From NCBI RefSeq assembly GCF_006345805.1, contig NC_043001.1, positions 89,032,001-89,096,000 on the forward strand: a DNA stretch of 64,000 bases, in the 5' to 3' direction. Shown piece by piece: positions 48,712 through 62,033 of the stretch. The translations under genes were made by a program, and so were the position numbers. How positions within the stretch are numbered: the stretch's first letter is position 1; the number at the start of each line of letters is the position of its first letter. Source of the stretch: Octopus sinensis. Lineage: Eukaryota. The notes under the pieces are model-generated. The model saw nothing but the letters and a program-made list of their open reading frames with translations. It was not told where the DNA came from and ran no database searches.

Positions 48712-50484
48712 CTATACAGCTGATTCTCTGCCGTATGCATAGCTTACCACTGAGTAAAGAGAGGTCTGGGAGCCCAAGTTGGAATTGAAGTCTTTCTGAG
48801 AGTAAGGAGGAGTTTCTTGGGTTAAACTGGACGGGTTCTGAACCATTGAGTTAAAATAGTTCCTAACATTGAAACTTCGGTCTGACTCATTCAAGGACCC
48901 AATATCGAGATCCTGAAATGCTCTTCGTTTCTCAGATTTTTCCAAATGACTGCTATCTTCTGCAGATCGGTTGCACAGCCAATTTGGGCCATTTTTTTTA
49001 CAAACACACTTCCAGAGAACTATTAAAGCCATGAAAACAACAACTGCAAAAATACTGCAACTTATTGCAATGATTAATACCGTATTAGAATCTGGTTTGT
49101 TCTTCAACTCGACATCACACTTGGAAATCTCTTCATCTGTAAGCTGTTTAATGCGGCGCTCATGTAGACCTAATGGAATCTCACACTGAAGAAAATCACA
49201 CCCATCAGATTGATACTGATTTGAGCACTGTAACGTTCGAGAATATGTTGGATTCTGTAACCAGTTACGGAATCCTCTTATATGACAGTCACACACCCAA
49301 GAGTTCCTATCAACTTTTATCCATTTTAAATTGGAAAATATACGCAAAGTTGATTCTGGGATATTTTTGAGATTATTAGCAGAAAGATCTAATTTCTGAA
49401 GGCTTCTGGGTCCTTCAAATTGGTTCAAACTGTTTATTGAACAGTCAGAGAGATTCAGTTCTCGCAACCGATATAACTCTGTAAAAGCATTAACTGGAAG
49501 TTTTTGGAGAGGATTTCCAGATAAGCTTAAATATTCAAGCTGGGGTGCCATTGGATGCAAAGAGCCACTGTCTAAATGGTCAATTGAGTTCAGTGATAAA
49601 TCTAAATGTTTAGTGTTGAAGTATTTAAAAGTCTCATCAAAGATCTGTCGAAGATTATTCCGAGACAAGTTCAAAGTATCAAGGTTGATACCAGAAAACT
49701 GGTTCTCTTCTAGTTTATAAATGGTATTATTGTACAAAGAAAGAGTCCTCAAATTTGGAAGACTGCGAAGGATATTCAGCATGAGAGGTTTGGTCAGTCC
49801 GTTACTTGACAAGTCCAAGCTTATTAAATTACGAGTAATTGTGAACAGATCCGTTGCTATTGAAAACAACTGACAGTTACTAAGTGATAAATGCAGCAAA
49901 CTGCGCAACCACTGAAAACTGTAGCTGTAAATATTCTGCATGTTATTCCCATCAAGGATCAAAGTGTTCAGCTTACCTTGAGACTTAAAAATACCACTCG
50001 GGAGAGAATAAACCTGGTTCCACGACAAGTCAAGAAACTCTAATTTATGTAAGGTGTAAAAAATATCATCAATATTTGCAATCAAGTTGTGAGACAGATC
50101 TAAATGAATTAGGTTCGAGAGTCCTTCAAAGGCTTTGTTGTCTACATTGGTGATATCATTGTGTGTCAATGAAAGATACTGTAAGTTCACCATGCCTTGG
50201 AATGTTGTCTCAGAAAGTTGAGAAATGTAATACTTTGTTACAGTTAAGTTATTGAGTTGACTGAAGGATTCAGTACGAGAAAAGCTTTGCTTCAGATCAC
50301 CACGCATCTTACTGCCCTGTAGTGTCAGCTGCTGTGTAGATTTCGGCACTTTTGCAACTGTGTTTTGTAATGACCCACTCTGGCACACCACCACAGTGCC
50401 AGAGCAGCTGCAGGAAGTGGGACAGCCATTTGTATATGTCAGAAACACAATGAAGAATAAATAGTATGATAGAGATTTGATCAT
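48712..50484 (-). CDS. Leucine-rich-repeat single-pass transmembrane protein (signal peptide, LRRNT, roughly 14 LRRs, LRRCT, TM, cytoplasmic tail with C-terminal ESAV); CDS in one exon, 590 aa
   Basis: Uninterrupted ORF. A pyrimidine tract and AG acceptor (minus strand ...ttttgttttattttctAG|aaac, exon starts 50495) precede the ATG at 50484. MIKSLSYYLFFIVFLTYTNG is signal-peptide-like; CPTSCSC is LRRNT; repeated LxxLxLSxNxI/L units follow; NSWVCDCHI..F..WL is LRRCT; VLIIAISCSIFAVVVFMALIVLW is the TM segment. No Ig, FN3 or TIR domain is visible. Confidence 0.93.
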   Translation of the reverse strand: MIKSLSYYLFFIVFLTYTNGCPTSCSCSGTVVVCQSGSLQNTVAKVPKSTQQLTLQGSKMRGDLKQSFSRTESFSQLNNLTVTKYYISQLSETTFQGMVNLQYLSLTHNDITNVDNKAFEGLSNLIHLDLSHNLIANIDDIFYTLHKLEFLDLSWNQVYSLPSGIFKSQGKLNTLILDGNNMQNIYSYSFQWLRSLLHLSLSNCQLFSIATDLFTITRNLISLDLSSNGLTKPLMLNILRSLPNLRTLSLYNNTIYKLEENQFSGINLDTLNLSRNNLRQIFDETFKYFNTKHLDLSLNSIDHLDSGSLHPMAPQLEYLSLSGNPLQKLPVNAFTELYRLRELNLSDCSINSLNQFEGPRSLQKLDLSANNLKNIPESTLRIFSNLKWIKVDRNSWVCDCHIRGFRNWLQNPTYSRTLQCSNQYQSDGCDFLQCEIPLGLHERRIKQLTDEEISKCDVELKNKPDSNTVLIIAISCSIFAVVVFMALIVLWKCVCKKNGPNWLCNRSAEDSSHLEKSEKRRAFQDLDIGSLNESDRSFNVRNYFNSMVQNPSSLTQETPPYSQKDFNSNLGSQTSLYSVVSYAYGRESAV

Positions 50485-52314
50485 CACCCAAGTTTCTAGA
50501 AAATAAAACAAAAAACAGTATTAAGACCTGAATTTATTATTTTTTATTATAAATCTATTATATTAATTAATAAATTAGTTCTTAACAGTGGCTATTAATA
50601 AATGATTACAGATTACCATTTATGTGTAAATACTATAAGAGTTTCACATATGTAATACAATGACTTGAAAACCAGATTATCAAAGTAATTAGTAGATAAA
50701 ATCTCCTCGAAGATGTGCTTAAAATCTAAAAATCAAAAGCTCAGCAAACAAGGGAAATAACTGCAGGAAGATCAGTTGATTGCTATGTTTCAACAGAGTT
50801 GGCAAGAGAGACTTAACTGGATTTTGGCTTTTGAAACAAATTAACAGAAGTAACAGACATGTTTTTGATCTTATTAGATCTTGCTCTGCTGAAGACGTCT
50901 TTGACCAGTTAGCTTTAATGGTCAGTTCCACTCCAGACAATATTATCTATCATTGTCAAGAAGACATAGAAAGGAGATGATTATTAGGCAGAGGAAGATA
51001 ATGAGAAATGGAAGTGGTTTTGGGCAGGGAAGAAAGGTTACTGAGAAAGCCAGTGGGTGGAGGGATGTAGTATGTACTTATTCTGTTCTCAGATGATAAA
51101 AAAGTGATGAGTGTTAAGAGATGAAACATGGGGTGAAAAGGCTGATGGGGCAGAGAGGATGGAGTTGGGGTAGAGCCCATCTCAGATAAGCATTATCAAG
51201 GTAGTTTTAGGATATCAATTCTGCTGTGGTAAGTGAATCTTCTTGAGTACAAAAAAGTGCCAAATATCTCAGTCCTTTGTCATCTCTTTCGTAAGACTCA
51301 GCAACTTGAGATTGGCCTTCAATACTTCACGTGCACACACACATATATAAACAGAGAGGAAGAGAGGGGGAAGTCAGAGAGAGGATATGTTAGAAGAGTC
51401 TTAATTTATGGAAAAGAAATTGGGGAAGGAGAATGTTAAAAAATATGTGCCTACCATAATTCACTGGGTCCCATACGTCCTACATAACAATTGAGTCTCA
51501 ATATTGTTTATCTACTTAGTGATTCTTGCATCGTTATTCTAACTTGCACAGTGAAGTCTATGCTTTGCTGAGAAGGTCTAATAAAATTAAAACAAATCAA
51601 GAGTTGTGCCCCATACTTGCTTAGTAATTAAAACATTTGTCACTGAGTTAATGTTGATTTTTTTTCTCACCACATAAGTATTCTAATTGGATTGTTGATG
51701 CTACATTTACTTATGAATTAGCAATTGTTTTTCAAACAGAAATACAAGCATGGCTGTGTGTTCAAGCAGTTTGCTTTCCAATCGTGTGGGAAAATACTAG
51801 CGTCTAACATTATTATCATCATTCTTGCATGAGTTAGACAGAATTTTTTGACATAGGTTTTGTATGGCTGGATGCTCTTCCTATTGTCAACCCTCACCAG
51901 TTTCTAAGCAAAGTAATATTTACCCATGATCAGACATGTTTTCATGGAAGATAGAAAACAAATGATGTACATTTACAACCACCATGATATGCTGCAAGGA
52001 GAAACACTGGTACAAACACATTATATGTGTTTGTTTGTGTATATGGTTGTGTGTGTGTGTGTGTGTGGAAGAGTATGGCCTTAGTGGTTAGGATGTTGCA
52101 CTCATGATCATAAGATTATGGTTTTGATTCCTGAACCAAGCAATGCATTCTGTTTGTGAGCAATCCTGTGACAGTCTGGCATCCCATCCAGGAGGAATAT
52201 ATATGCCACAGAATCCGGAAAATCACCCTTATGAGCTTATGGCTTGGGAAAGATCTTGGATTCTTTTTTGTTTTGTTTCTTTGTCATTTTGATACATACA
52301 CTCAAATGTGTACG

Positions 52315-52346
<32 letters not shown>

Positions 52347-53552
52347 GGGCTTCTTTCAGTTTCTTGCAAGGCTTTGGTCCAACTAAAGCTGTAGTAGAAG
52401 ACACTTGCCAAGGTTCCGTTCAATAGGACTGACTGAACCTGAAACTACATGCTTAGAAAGGAAGGTCTTAACCACTGTCATAGAGTTATAAGTTATTTCT
52501 TGTACACAAATACATACAACTGTGCTGACCTCATACAAACGTATAACTATGTAGAGACAAAAGTTGTAAACAAACAATGGATAGCAGAGCCAATTAATAT
52601 GTTTGTGTGTGTGTGTGCATGCATGCGTGAGATATTTATTAATAAATGACATCAGTGACACACCCAGATTGAACTTGGAGGCTTTGGACTAGGAAGGACT
52701 AGCTCCACAAGACAACAACCAAACTATTTACCACCTGTAGTTTTATTTATGTCAACAACAACAACATAGTTTTAATATTTTATCTTTCAATATCTGGATA
52801 TCAGATATGGATACAGGTGGTAGTAATCGGGTTAGCTTACATAACCTATTGAGGTGTGTATGTGCATGGAGGTAGGGCAATGGACTGACCTTATATACAT
52901 ACACACATAACCACTAATAAATGTTAATATTTTGAGCATCATCATAAAAATCATCATTGAATTAAAAATGGCAAACGCAAATATTTTGTAATTTCCCCTT
53001 CATGTATAAGCTCTGTAGCAATAAAAGAAATATTTAAAAAAGAATTATTACTATTGTTATTATTATCATTATCATTCTTCTTATTATTATTAAGGCAGTG
53101 AGTTGGTAGAATCATTAGTACACCAGGCAAAATACTTAGGGGTATTTTGCCCATTGCTATGTTCTGAGTTCAAATTCTGCTGAGGTCGAGTTTGCCTTTC
53201 CTCCTTTCAGGGTCCATAAATTAAGTACCAGTTGTGTACTGGGGTCGATCTAAACAACTGCCCCCCACCCACTCCCAAAAAATTTCAGGCCTTGTGTCTA
53301 GAGTAGAAAAGGTTATTATTATTATTATTATTATTATTAAGGTGGTGAGCTGGTAGAATCATTAGTATACCAAGCAAAATGTTTAGCAGCATTTCACCCA
53401 TCACTATGTTCTGAGTTCAAATTCTGCCATGGTCAGCTTTGCCTTTCATTCTTTTGAGGTTGATTAAATAACTACCAGTGGAACACTGGGGTCAATGTAA
53501 TTGTCTAACCCTCTCCCTCAAATTTCAGGCCTTGTGCCTATAGTAGAAAGGA

Positions 53553-54350
53553 TTTGCTTTGAATTTGTACAAGTTGACTCCAAGTCTCAGCCAGAGATCT
53601 CAAGAGACAACAAGTTAGAAGTTCAAGTTGGAATTATGCCTAGGTGTCATATATTTGATTTTGCACATAGTATTGTTCTAGAGAATGTTTAAGAAAACAA
53701 GAAAATTATAAGTTTGTTTTAAAATTTGAGATTACATAGACAGTATTTTATGTAGGATATAAGCAGTCCCCATGAGCACTATCTTTTGAATTTCTGCATT
53801 TTTGGGGTTTCCTGGTGTCTGAGCTAGGTAGGAATCAGCCCCTTTCCAAATTCTATTTTAAGATCTTTATACTTGCTCAGTTTTTGATAGGTCTTGGCAG
53901 ATACATTTGTGTCAATTGGGACAGTCATATCAATGAGGAGGCATGATTTTTGTCTGAAGTCTTTCAATATAACGTCTGGCCTATTTGCATCTATCTTTCT
54001 GTCAGTTTGAATGTGATCATTTTTAAGCACTGGAGGTGGTTTGTCTTCTCACCAGCTTTTATCATGGAGCTGGTCCAGATTTTTGCAAATTACCTGGTGA
54101 ATATACTGTGCTGCTCTATCATGCCTGTTGAGATACTCTGTAGGCACAAGAAAATTGCACATGGAGACAACATGATCAGTGGTTCCATTCTGTTGTTTAC
54201 ATATACGACATGTTGGGCTACTGCCATTCTTTAAAATATTGGCCTGGTAGTTCCTTATAGGTAGGCATTGATCTAGGGCTGCTATGATAAACCCTTCTGT
54301 TTCTGATTTTAAACCATAAGACACTAACCATTAATGGGTAACAGCTTTGT
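53553..54350 (-). mobile_element. R4/Dong-type 3' fragment (CCHC knuckle plus restriction-like endonuclease)
   Basis: LKSETEGFIIAALDQCL, CRIC...TDHVVSMC, YLNRHD, NRPDV..KD....LLIDMTVP..N...K...KYKDL; abuts (TTA)n. Confidence 0.85.
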
Positions 54351-54357
54351 CATTATT

Positions 54358-54388
<31 letters not shown>

Positions 54389-55131
54389 TTTTGGACCATA
54401 CTTTCAATTCTATAGATAAAACAACATGACTCAGTCTCACTGGACCATATACAACTGACATGATTCAGTGAGTAAAAAACCAACAAACACGTTAACTGGA
54501 GATAAAACGGGTTTATGTGGGTGTATATAACGTCATTACTTCAAATATAATATGATTGTGCCAGTGAGAAAATCACCTAATAAAGTTCACCTGAGTATGA
54601 ACATAAAGAAATGTGTGCAGTCAAATCTACTGCGTGAAACTATTAACAATGCAGACTTTTGTGTTAAGAAATTTACTTCCCAACCATATGGTTTCAGGTT
54701 TAGTCTCATTGTGTGACGCCTGGGCTAAGTATCTTCTGTTATAGTTCTAAGATAACCAAAGCTTTGAAAGTGGATTTGTTACACAGAAACCGAATGCCCT
54801 TCATGTATACGTATGAGTGTGTGTGTGTATGTACTCAGCTCGGCATTGTCTAATAGTTGCAAGCAAGTGTCATAATAATACAAGTAAGTAGTGTCATTTG
54901 TTCCTGGTCTTTCATGAAAAATATGTCTGGTGATGAGGGAATATAACTTTACTTGGAAACACATAAATGTTGGCTACAAGAAGAGCATCCAACCACAGAA
55001 AAATCAGCCTTAACAAATTCTACCTGACCCATGCGAGCATAGGAAAGTGGATATTAAAGTAATGATGACAATGATGATGATGATGATGGTGATGATGATT
55101 CTTTTAATTATTTAAGTATTTGATGATGTGT

Positions 55132-55412
55132 GGAGGCGCAATGGCCCATTGGTTAGGGCAGCAGACTCATGGTGAAAGGATCTCGGTTTCGATTCTCAGA
55201 CTGGGCATTGTGTGTGTTTATTGAGCAAAAACACCTAAAGCTCCAGCAGGGGTTGGTGGCAATCCCAGTTGTATTCTTTCACCCTTTCTTCCTGTTTCCT
55301 GGGTAACGCTGCGATGGACTGGTGTCCCGTCCAGCTGGGGGGGGGGGTCGCATACGCCACAGAAACTGGAAAACCGGGCCCATGAGCCTGGCTAGGCTTG
55401 AAAAGGGCACAT
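55132..55412 (+). mobile_element. tRNA-derived SINE family C (related heads at 39085-39360(-) and 24600-24770(-))
   Basis: ggaggcgcaatggcccattggttagggcagc...ggtttcgattc, with gcgatggactggtgtcccgtccag (V-SINE-like central motif). Confidence 0.75.
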
Positions 55413-56289
55413 AAATAATAAAAAATTTGATAATGCCACCAAGTTAAGTCCAAGTGAGCTGTGACTCAGTAGACCTATGATCTGAGGGTTAGCATAATTT
55501 TTTTTTTGTCTTTTTAAGTACAGAATGTATATCTAGAACTACATTATCTAGTGTCACCATATCATTCTAAAACAGTAGTTGATGCCAGCATGCAGACCAC
55601 TAGGTTACAATTGTGAAAATATAATCACGTTTGGCTATGTGTGTGTCTACTTAAATATAATAGAAGACACTACTAGCTTGTTAGTGGTGAAGATATATCA
55701 ACATTTGGGCGTGTCTGACTGTGTGCATTAATAATAGTTAGAATAAAGGAAACAAAAGAAAGTTTTTATAATGTAATTTTACAGGTTATTATTATCAGGT
55801 AACTTGGTATTGGAAAGGTAGACAACAAAAAATTATGTAACATACAAGAACATTTGAATTAATTAATTATACATTATAATTATTATAAATTTAAAATTAC
55901 TTTAGAACAAAGCTAGAAATATTTGTTTATAGTTAATTAACAATCTTAAGTATTATACAACATTTAAATGTATAAAGGATAGCATCACAAGATAGTTGGT
56001 ATATTAACACATGACACATCAGACATAGGTAAAAATGTCAGTTTCTCATATAAAGGACATAAATGACCTCATGTTAAATGAAGAGTGGGTGTGTTCCAGT
56101 AACAATAAAAAAGTAGTGGCATTGTAATGTCAATGTTACCAAATATACCAAGGAGATAAGTAGTTCCAGGGCTTGGCCCCAATATTAGTGTTAATTAGAT
56201 AAGAAATATCAAATTATCACTCTGCATAGGATGTCAGTGTATCTTTAGTGGACGATCCAAGAAGGCTTACATGGGCTATAAGCACAAAT

Positions 56290-56895
56290 TCTTACTATAA
56301 TGGGCGTTATGTCCGTCTGTCTGTCTGTTCCCACTTCATGGTCAAACGGCTGGACCGTTTGACCGATATTTTTCAGGATTATGCAGGAGATAATCAGAAA
56401 GGTTTTTAGTGGAAAAACTGTGAAAAAATATGATTATTTAGTGGATACTGAGTTTTGTATTAATAAATCACCTTTAATTTTTCTTTTTTTTTGTTAAAAT
56501 TCCTGAGACAGGGATTAACTCTGGATTCCCCACCCCCATATAGATTTGCAATACTATCCCTTTATTTCCCATCGTAGTGGGAAGATTTGCTATCTTACTA
56601 TAATGGGTGTCATGTCCATCTGTCTGTCTCTTTGTCTTTTCCCTCTTCATGCACAGCTAGACAGCTGGACCAATGGTTACAATATTTTTTGGGATAACAA
56701 AGGCAGTTGCCAGAAAGGTTTTTAGCATGAAAAAATCAGGAAGTACGATTATTGCGTGAATATCAATTTTTGAATTGATAAACCACCTTTGCATTTTTAT
56801 TAAAAATCCACCGACCACAAGTAACTCTGGATTTTCATTGTATAGTTCGTGGCTCCATCATTGATACGAAGGGATTCGCAAGGACAGTTAATAGT
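56290..56895 (+). mobile_element. Two tandem Helitron/DINE-like units
   Basis: tcttactataatggg..atgtcc(gtct)n...gctggacc starts at ~56290 and again at ~56593. Confidence 0.55.
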
Positions 56896-58033
56896 GAAAA
56901 TAAAATGGAAAAAGTGTGTGTCAGTATATAGTGCATGTGATTATTTAGTGGTTATTGAAGTGTGTCAGTCTTGAGCAGGATTTGAAATGGCTAATCGAAG
57001 CAGCTGTTGTTTACATCTCAGTTTTGTCAGTCAAAATAACCCAAGGCACCAGAACATCCAAACATTATTCACATAGAACAGGGAGAGGTAAGTCTTAGTT
57101 TGATTTTTGCAACCCTAAAGATTCCACTCGTGCATTCGCAGCAAACAAGGCACAGGGCCAGACTTTAGATCATGTAGGTGTATTTTTACTAACTCTGATG
57201 TTTACACACAGCCAGTTATACATTGCTATGAGTAGAGCAACAGACTCCAGTAATTTGAAAATTAGTGTTGACCTAACAGAAAATATCATCTACAAAAAAG
57301 TTTTGTAATCATATTGATATTATTGAAAGGAATTTGATTCATAATTTAAATAAAGAAATTTGTGAACTTTGAATGTATAAGAATATAAACAAGAGTAAAA
57401 TAGTGTAAACATATAAAATAAAAGTATATCTAAATAAAATTTTTTCTTAAAACTTTCTATGTAGTGGTCGAAGGAAGCTCTGGCTTTTGTTAGGAGTGGT
57501 CCACATAACCATTCATGATACAGAGGCTGGGAGCCTAATTCAGTTCGGAAGTGAATCGTCATCACGTCACTTAGTCACAAACACATGTCATATAGCTGCA
57601 ATAGAATGCAGTACCACCAACAAAAATGTGATTTCTCTAAGACATCATCCAGTAATCCATTTACACATTTCTCAACACATACTGCTCCGTCTGTCATTTT
57701 ATGCCTCTATCATAGATGGGTAGATTCTAGTAACAATAACAGATTTTAAATTTTAGAGCTGGAATGGCTGTGGACTTCATAATGACACACCAAAACCTTG
57801 CAATTCAACCCAGTAGTTTAGAGATGCTTCTGGAGTCATATAGACACATAGGATCAGTTTCCCAGTTTCCATGTCCACCACAGGATTACTCATTTTTGCC
57901 AGCTGAGTGAACTGGAGCAATGTGAAATGAAATGTTTTGCTCAAGAATACATGTTGCCTGGCCCAGGAATCAAAACCACAGTCCTATGATCATGAGTCCA
58001 ACACCTCAGCTACTAAACCATGTGCCTCCACTA

Positions 58034-58106
<73 letters not shown>

Positions 58107-58584
58107 CAAACAGACAGATACACAAGCATGGCCCTGTGGAGAAGAAGCTCACATCATAACCATATGGTTTAAGGATCAGTCCCACTGCATGGCACTTTGA
58201 GAAAGTACTGACCAATGCCTCATAAGTGAATCTGGTAGATGGCAACTGTTAGAAGCTTGTTGTGTGGGTACATGCATATATATGATTACATGTGTTTGAG
58301 AGTGTGTTTGTGTCCCTTTGTCTTCTCATTTGTGTGTCTATTTCTGAAAGGAAAGTAGACTGATGTAGAATGAAATGTTTTGACTAGAGATATGATAACA
58401 GAACACCAGGAGTGGATTTGAACTCAATTAGTTGGTTGTCTAATACCTTATCTATTCAGCTAATTAGTCTCCATTTTTATTTTTATGGCTTTGAGAGAGG
58501 TGTAGGTGGAATCCAAACCTTGAGAGAGGTGTAGGTGGAATCCAAACCTTGCTAATATTGCCTTTGTCTTTCAACCCCCTAGAG

Positions 58585-58840
58585 CAGTGGTTCTCAAAAC
58601 CATTTTTTACCTATGGACCCCTTTGATTGCAATTTTATTCTGGTGGACTCCATAGCTATTTGATGTTTAAAAACTAGTTTTATAGATACTGCTTTCCAAA
58701 TTCCTATTTTATTTTCCACACATTAACTTGATCTAGCTGTTTTTTCCATGAAACCTTAGAATACTACTGTGGATCTCTATTTTACTATCTTGCTTGCATG
58801 GACCCCCTCGGGTCATATGGATGCCAGTTGAGAACTACTG
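58585..58840. mobile_element. hAT (Charlie-like) MITE
   Basis: cagtggttctcaa ... ttgagaactactg with 8-bp TSD ccctagag/ccctaaag. Confidence 0.82.
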
Positions 58841-59044
58841 CCCTAAAGTATAGAAAGTAACTACCAGTAATATATTGGGGTCAGTTTTGTTAATGTCTTT
58901 GCAAACATTATTAATGGCATGTTAGATGTCAGAATTAATAGCAATGAACAAAAAGCCTTGTGATACATTCTGAGTTCATATCCTGAACCCAAAACCATGT
59001 GGTTAGGAGGCAAACTTAACTATAGAGTCTCAAAAAAATCTAAA

Positions 59045-59291
59045 AAGAGTTGCTGAAGTATGGAACAAACTGCCAACATCAGTTGTTAGTTGTCGGAGCA
59101 CTGCATCCTTCAAAACTTCCATGCTTCCTGAGATTCGCCAACACTACACCTGATTTTTTCCCCTCCATACACACACAAGCATGTATCTGATTCATTCACT
59201 GTTCACTTTCCAGGCATTTGTACATTACTGCATATGCTTTATACACATTTTTGACAAGTTGTGGTGCACCTGAACACTGTATACAATAATT

Positions 59292-59320
<29 letters not shown>
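59045..59320 (+). mobile_element. CR1/L2-group LINE extreme 3' end with (TTA)n tail
   Basis: agagttgctgaagtatggaac...gtggtgcacctgaacactgtatacaataatttcattattatt matches 23028-23290. Confidence 0.8.
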
Positions 59321-59322
<2 letters not shown>

Positions 59323-60984
59323 ACAGACACACAAAAAATTGTGATCTTCCAACATTCTGGAGTTGATCAAAGTACTGGGACTGATTCCAATCGACTGCAT
59401 TCCTTCCCTAGAATATGTGAGGCTTTATGTTTATATAAGAAATTATAATTACTCTGTCCCTATTATGGTACACTCTCTAATACAGGGAGATAGTATTATA
59501 AAAAATCTTTCGTAGAAACATGATATCCTAAATTACATAAATAAGGAAGGCTTACTAAGAGGTTTGTAGATTTTTTTTTAAGTTACACATTTTACAGCCC
59601 TTGAAGGTTTGATTTCCAGATCTTTGATATTCTAAGCAATTACATCATGCAAGAGACATTTTAACCATCTAAAATCAGAAAAATTATTACATTAATCCCT
59701 TTCCATTTATTTCATGAAATGTCAAAATTTTTGTTGCACAATTTGATCTACTGACACATTCCACTGCAATTTTAGTCACTTGTCAAACATGTACAACAAC
59801 TGCAATTCCAATATTCTTTGAGAGTCTATGAGAATATAAGAAATCCTTTGATTTAATTTCATTGAATTTAACAATAAAAAAAATGCTGCTTTAGTTTGCA
59901 CTGTTGACCACTGCATAGACTTGTTTATATGTAAACAAAATCATCACATGACAACTGTTATCCTGATAATAAAAGTTGATTGTGTGTGTATGTGCGAAAG
60001 TACTCTTTTACTTGTTTCAGTTATTTGACTGTGGCCATGCTGGAGCAACGCCTTTAGTCGAGCAAATCAACCCCAGGACTTATTCTTTGTAAGCCTAGTA
60101 CTTATTCTATCAGTCTCTTTTGCCGAACTGCTAAGTTATAGGGGACGTAAACACACCAGCATCGGTTGTCAAGTGATGTTGGGGGGGGACAAACACAGAC
60201 ACACAAACATATACACACTCATACATACATATATATATAGATATATATATATATATACACATATATATATATGATGGGCTTCTTTCAGTTTCCGCCTACC
60301 AAATCCACTCACAAGGCTTTGGTTGGTCTGAGACTATAGTACAAGACACTTGCCTAAGGTGCCATGCAGTGGGACTGAACCCAGAACCATGTGGTTCGTA
60401 AGCAAGCTACTTACCACACAGCCACTCCTACGCCTATGTAATAGACAATCTTATTTTCAAAATTAATTGACACTAAAGTAATGCATGTCAACAGAAAAAG
60501 AGTACCAAAAGAGTTAAAAGAAATAGGCTGGATAAGTTGAGTGACCATAGTGGCTATATGACTTTTTTAAAGAAGTGAAAAGCATAAAAATATGAACAAG
60601 AAATAAAACAAAGCAAATGAAGGAAGTAAAATGCAAAGTGAAACTTAAATTTGATGCAAAAGAGTACTAGTGCCCTATGTGTATGTGTGTGTGTGTAAAA
60701 ATTATAAACAAAGGGAAAAGCCACTAAGTATGGAAATGACTAATCATTTTTGAATTCTCTCAAATTTGTCCTGCCCGCCTACATTCAATGTACTAAAATA
60801 ATAGTTTTTTCATGGTTTGGGATTTAACTCCCTTTTCTAGTGTGTTGGAAAACCACTTGGTGGTTTTTCCCTTCATGTATAATTTTTATACACACATATA
60901 ATATAATAATATTTGCAGTCTATGGACATTTTTACTCATGCTGACCACTGGTAAAAATTAATATTTAATTTTTTACCCTATATT

Positions 60985-61016
<32 letters not shown>

Positions 61017-61885
61017 TGTATGTATATGTGTGTGAAGGTTGCACTCATGATTGTAAGAATGTGGTTTCAATTCCAAGACTGGCAGTGCATTGTGTTCTTG
61101 AGTAAAACATTTCATTTCACCAGTCCACTTATCAGTAAATAGAACCCTGGGGGTATGTAGGCCTATCTGCATGCATGCCCAGTCTGTAGAATGGCATCAT
61201 TCAAAAGCTAAAACTATGCAAAGAATCACATTGTGACCAGTGGTGTGTAAGAACTTCTGATAGTCTAGTTGATATAGTATAAATCATCATCATCCTTTAA
61301 AGTCCATTTTCCATGCTGGCATGGGTTGGACAGGTTGACCAAAGATGGCAAGCTGAAGACTGCATAAGATTCTGGTCGGATTTGGCTTGGTTTCTACAAC
61401 TAGATGCCCTTCCTAACACCAACCACTTTACCATGTGTGCTGGGTGCTTTTAATGTGACACTGGCATGAGCACTTTTATGTGGCACTGGTGCAGGACATT
61501 GGCAGGTCAATCCTTGAAAATGTTTAACATTTTCTATCCAAAGAGTTTTTTAGCCTAATATTTACACTATTATTTAAAGCTTTATCTTTCAAGTTCAACT
61601 ATTAAAAATGAATTATCTCATATTGTCCCCATGTTTATAAATTCTTATGATGTAAACTATATATTATATATATTGGAAAATTTGTGAAATCCTTGGTACA
61701 GTTAGGTATATTTGAAAAAGGAAAAGAATGATTTAATAGTGGTTCTAATCTTCATGGTTCTTATTTTCATGATAGATTTCACTGGTAGTTCTATCAGTGA
61801 AATCATTCTTTTCCTTTTCCAAATATATATATATTGATTGATCCATAAATTTCTTTATTTTCTCTCTGTTTATTTCCTTATATTC

Positions 61886-61921
61886 CTTTCTGTTGAAGAG
61901 CATAGGCTCGAAACATAAAAG
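61886..61921 (+). ncRNA. Minimal hammerhead-like motif (A6U variant, stem III decayed), close to a (TA)n tract
   Basis: CTTT | CTGTTGA a | GAGC-atag-GCTC | GAAA | CA T A | AAAG: perfect stems I and II; stem III ACAT is one change from the palindrome ACGT. Confidence 0.6.
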
Positions 61922-61998
61922 ACTTTCACTTTCCCGAGCATCAAACAAATACACCTGTTTGTTGTTCATATATATATATATATAATATATATATATAT

Positions 61999-62033
<35 letters not shown>

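Noticed and set aside
55132-55205. tRNA gene candidates at SINE heads
   Set aside because: The A/B boxes run on into SINE bodies and no complete cloverleaf is evident.
58489-58551. ~30-bp exact tandem duplication (also a ~125-bp duplication at 26060-26190 / 26334-26460)
   Set aside because: Ordinary local duplications with no further structure.
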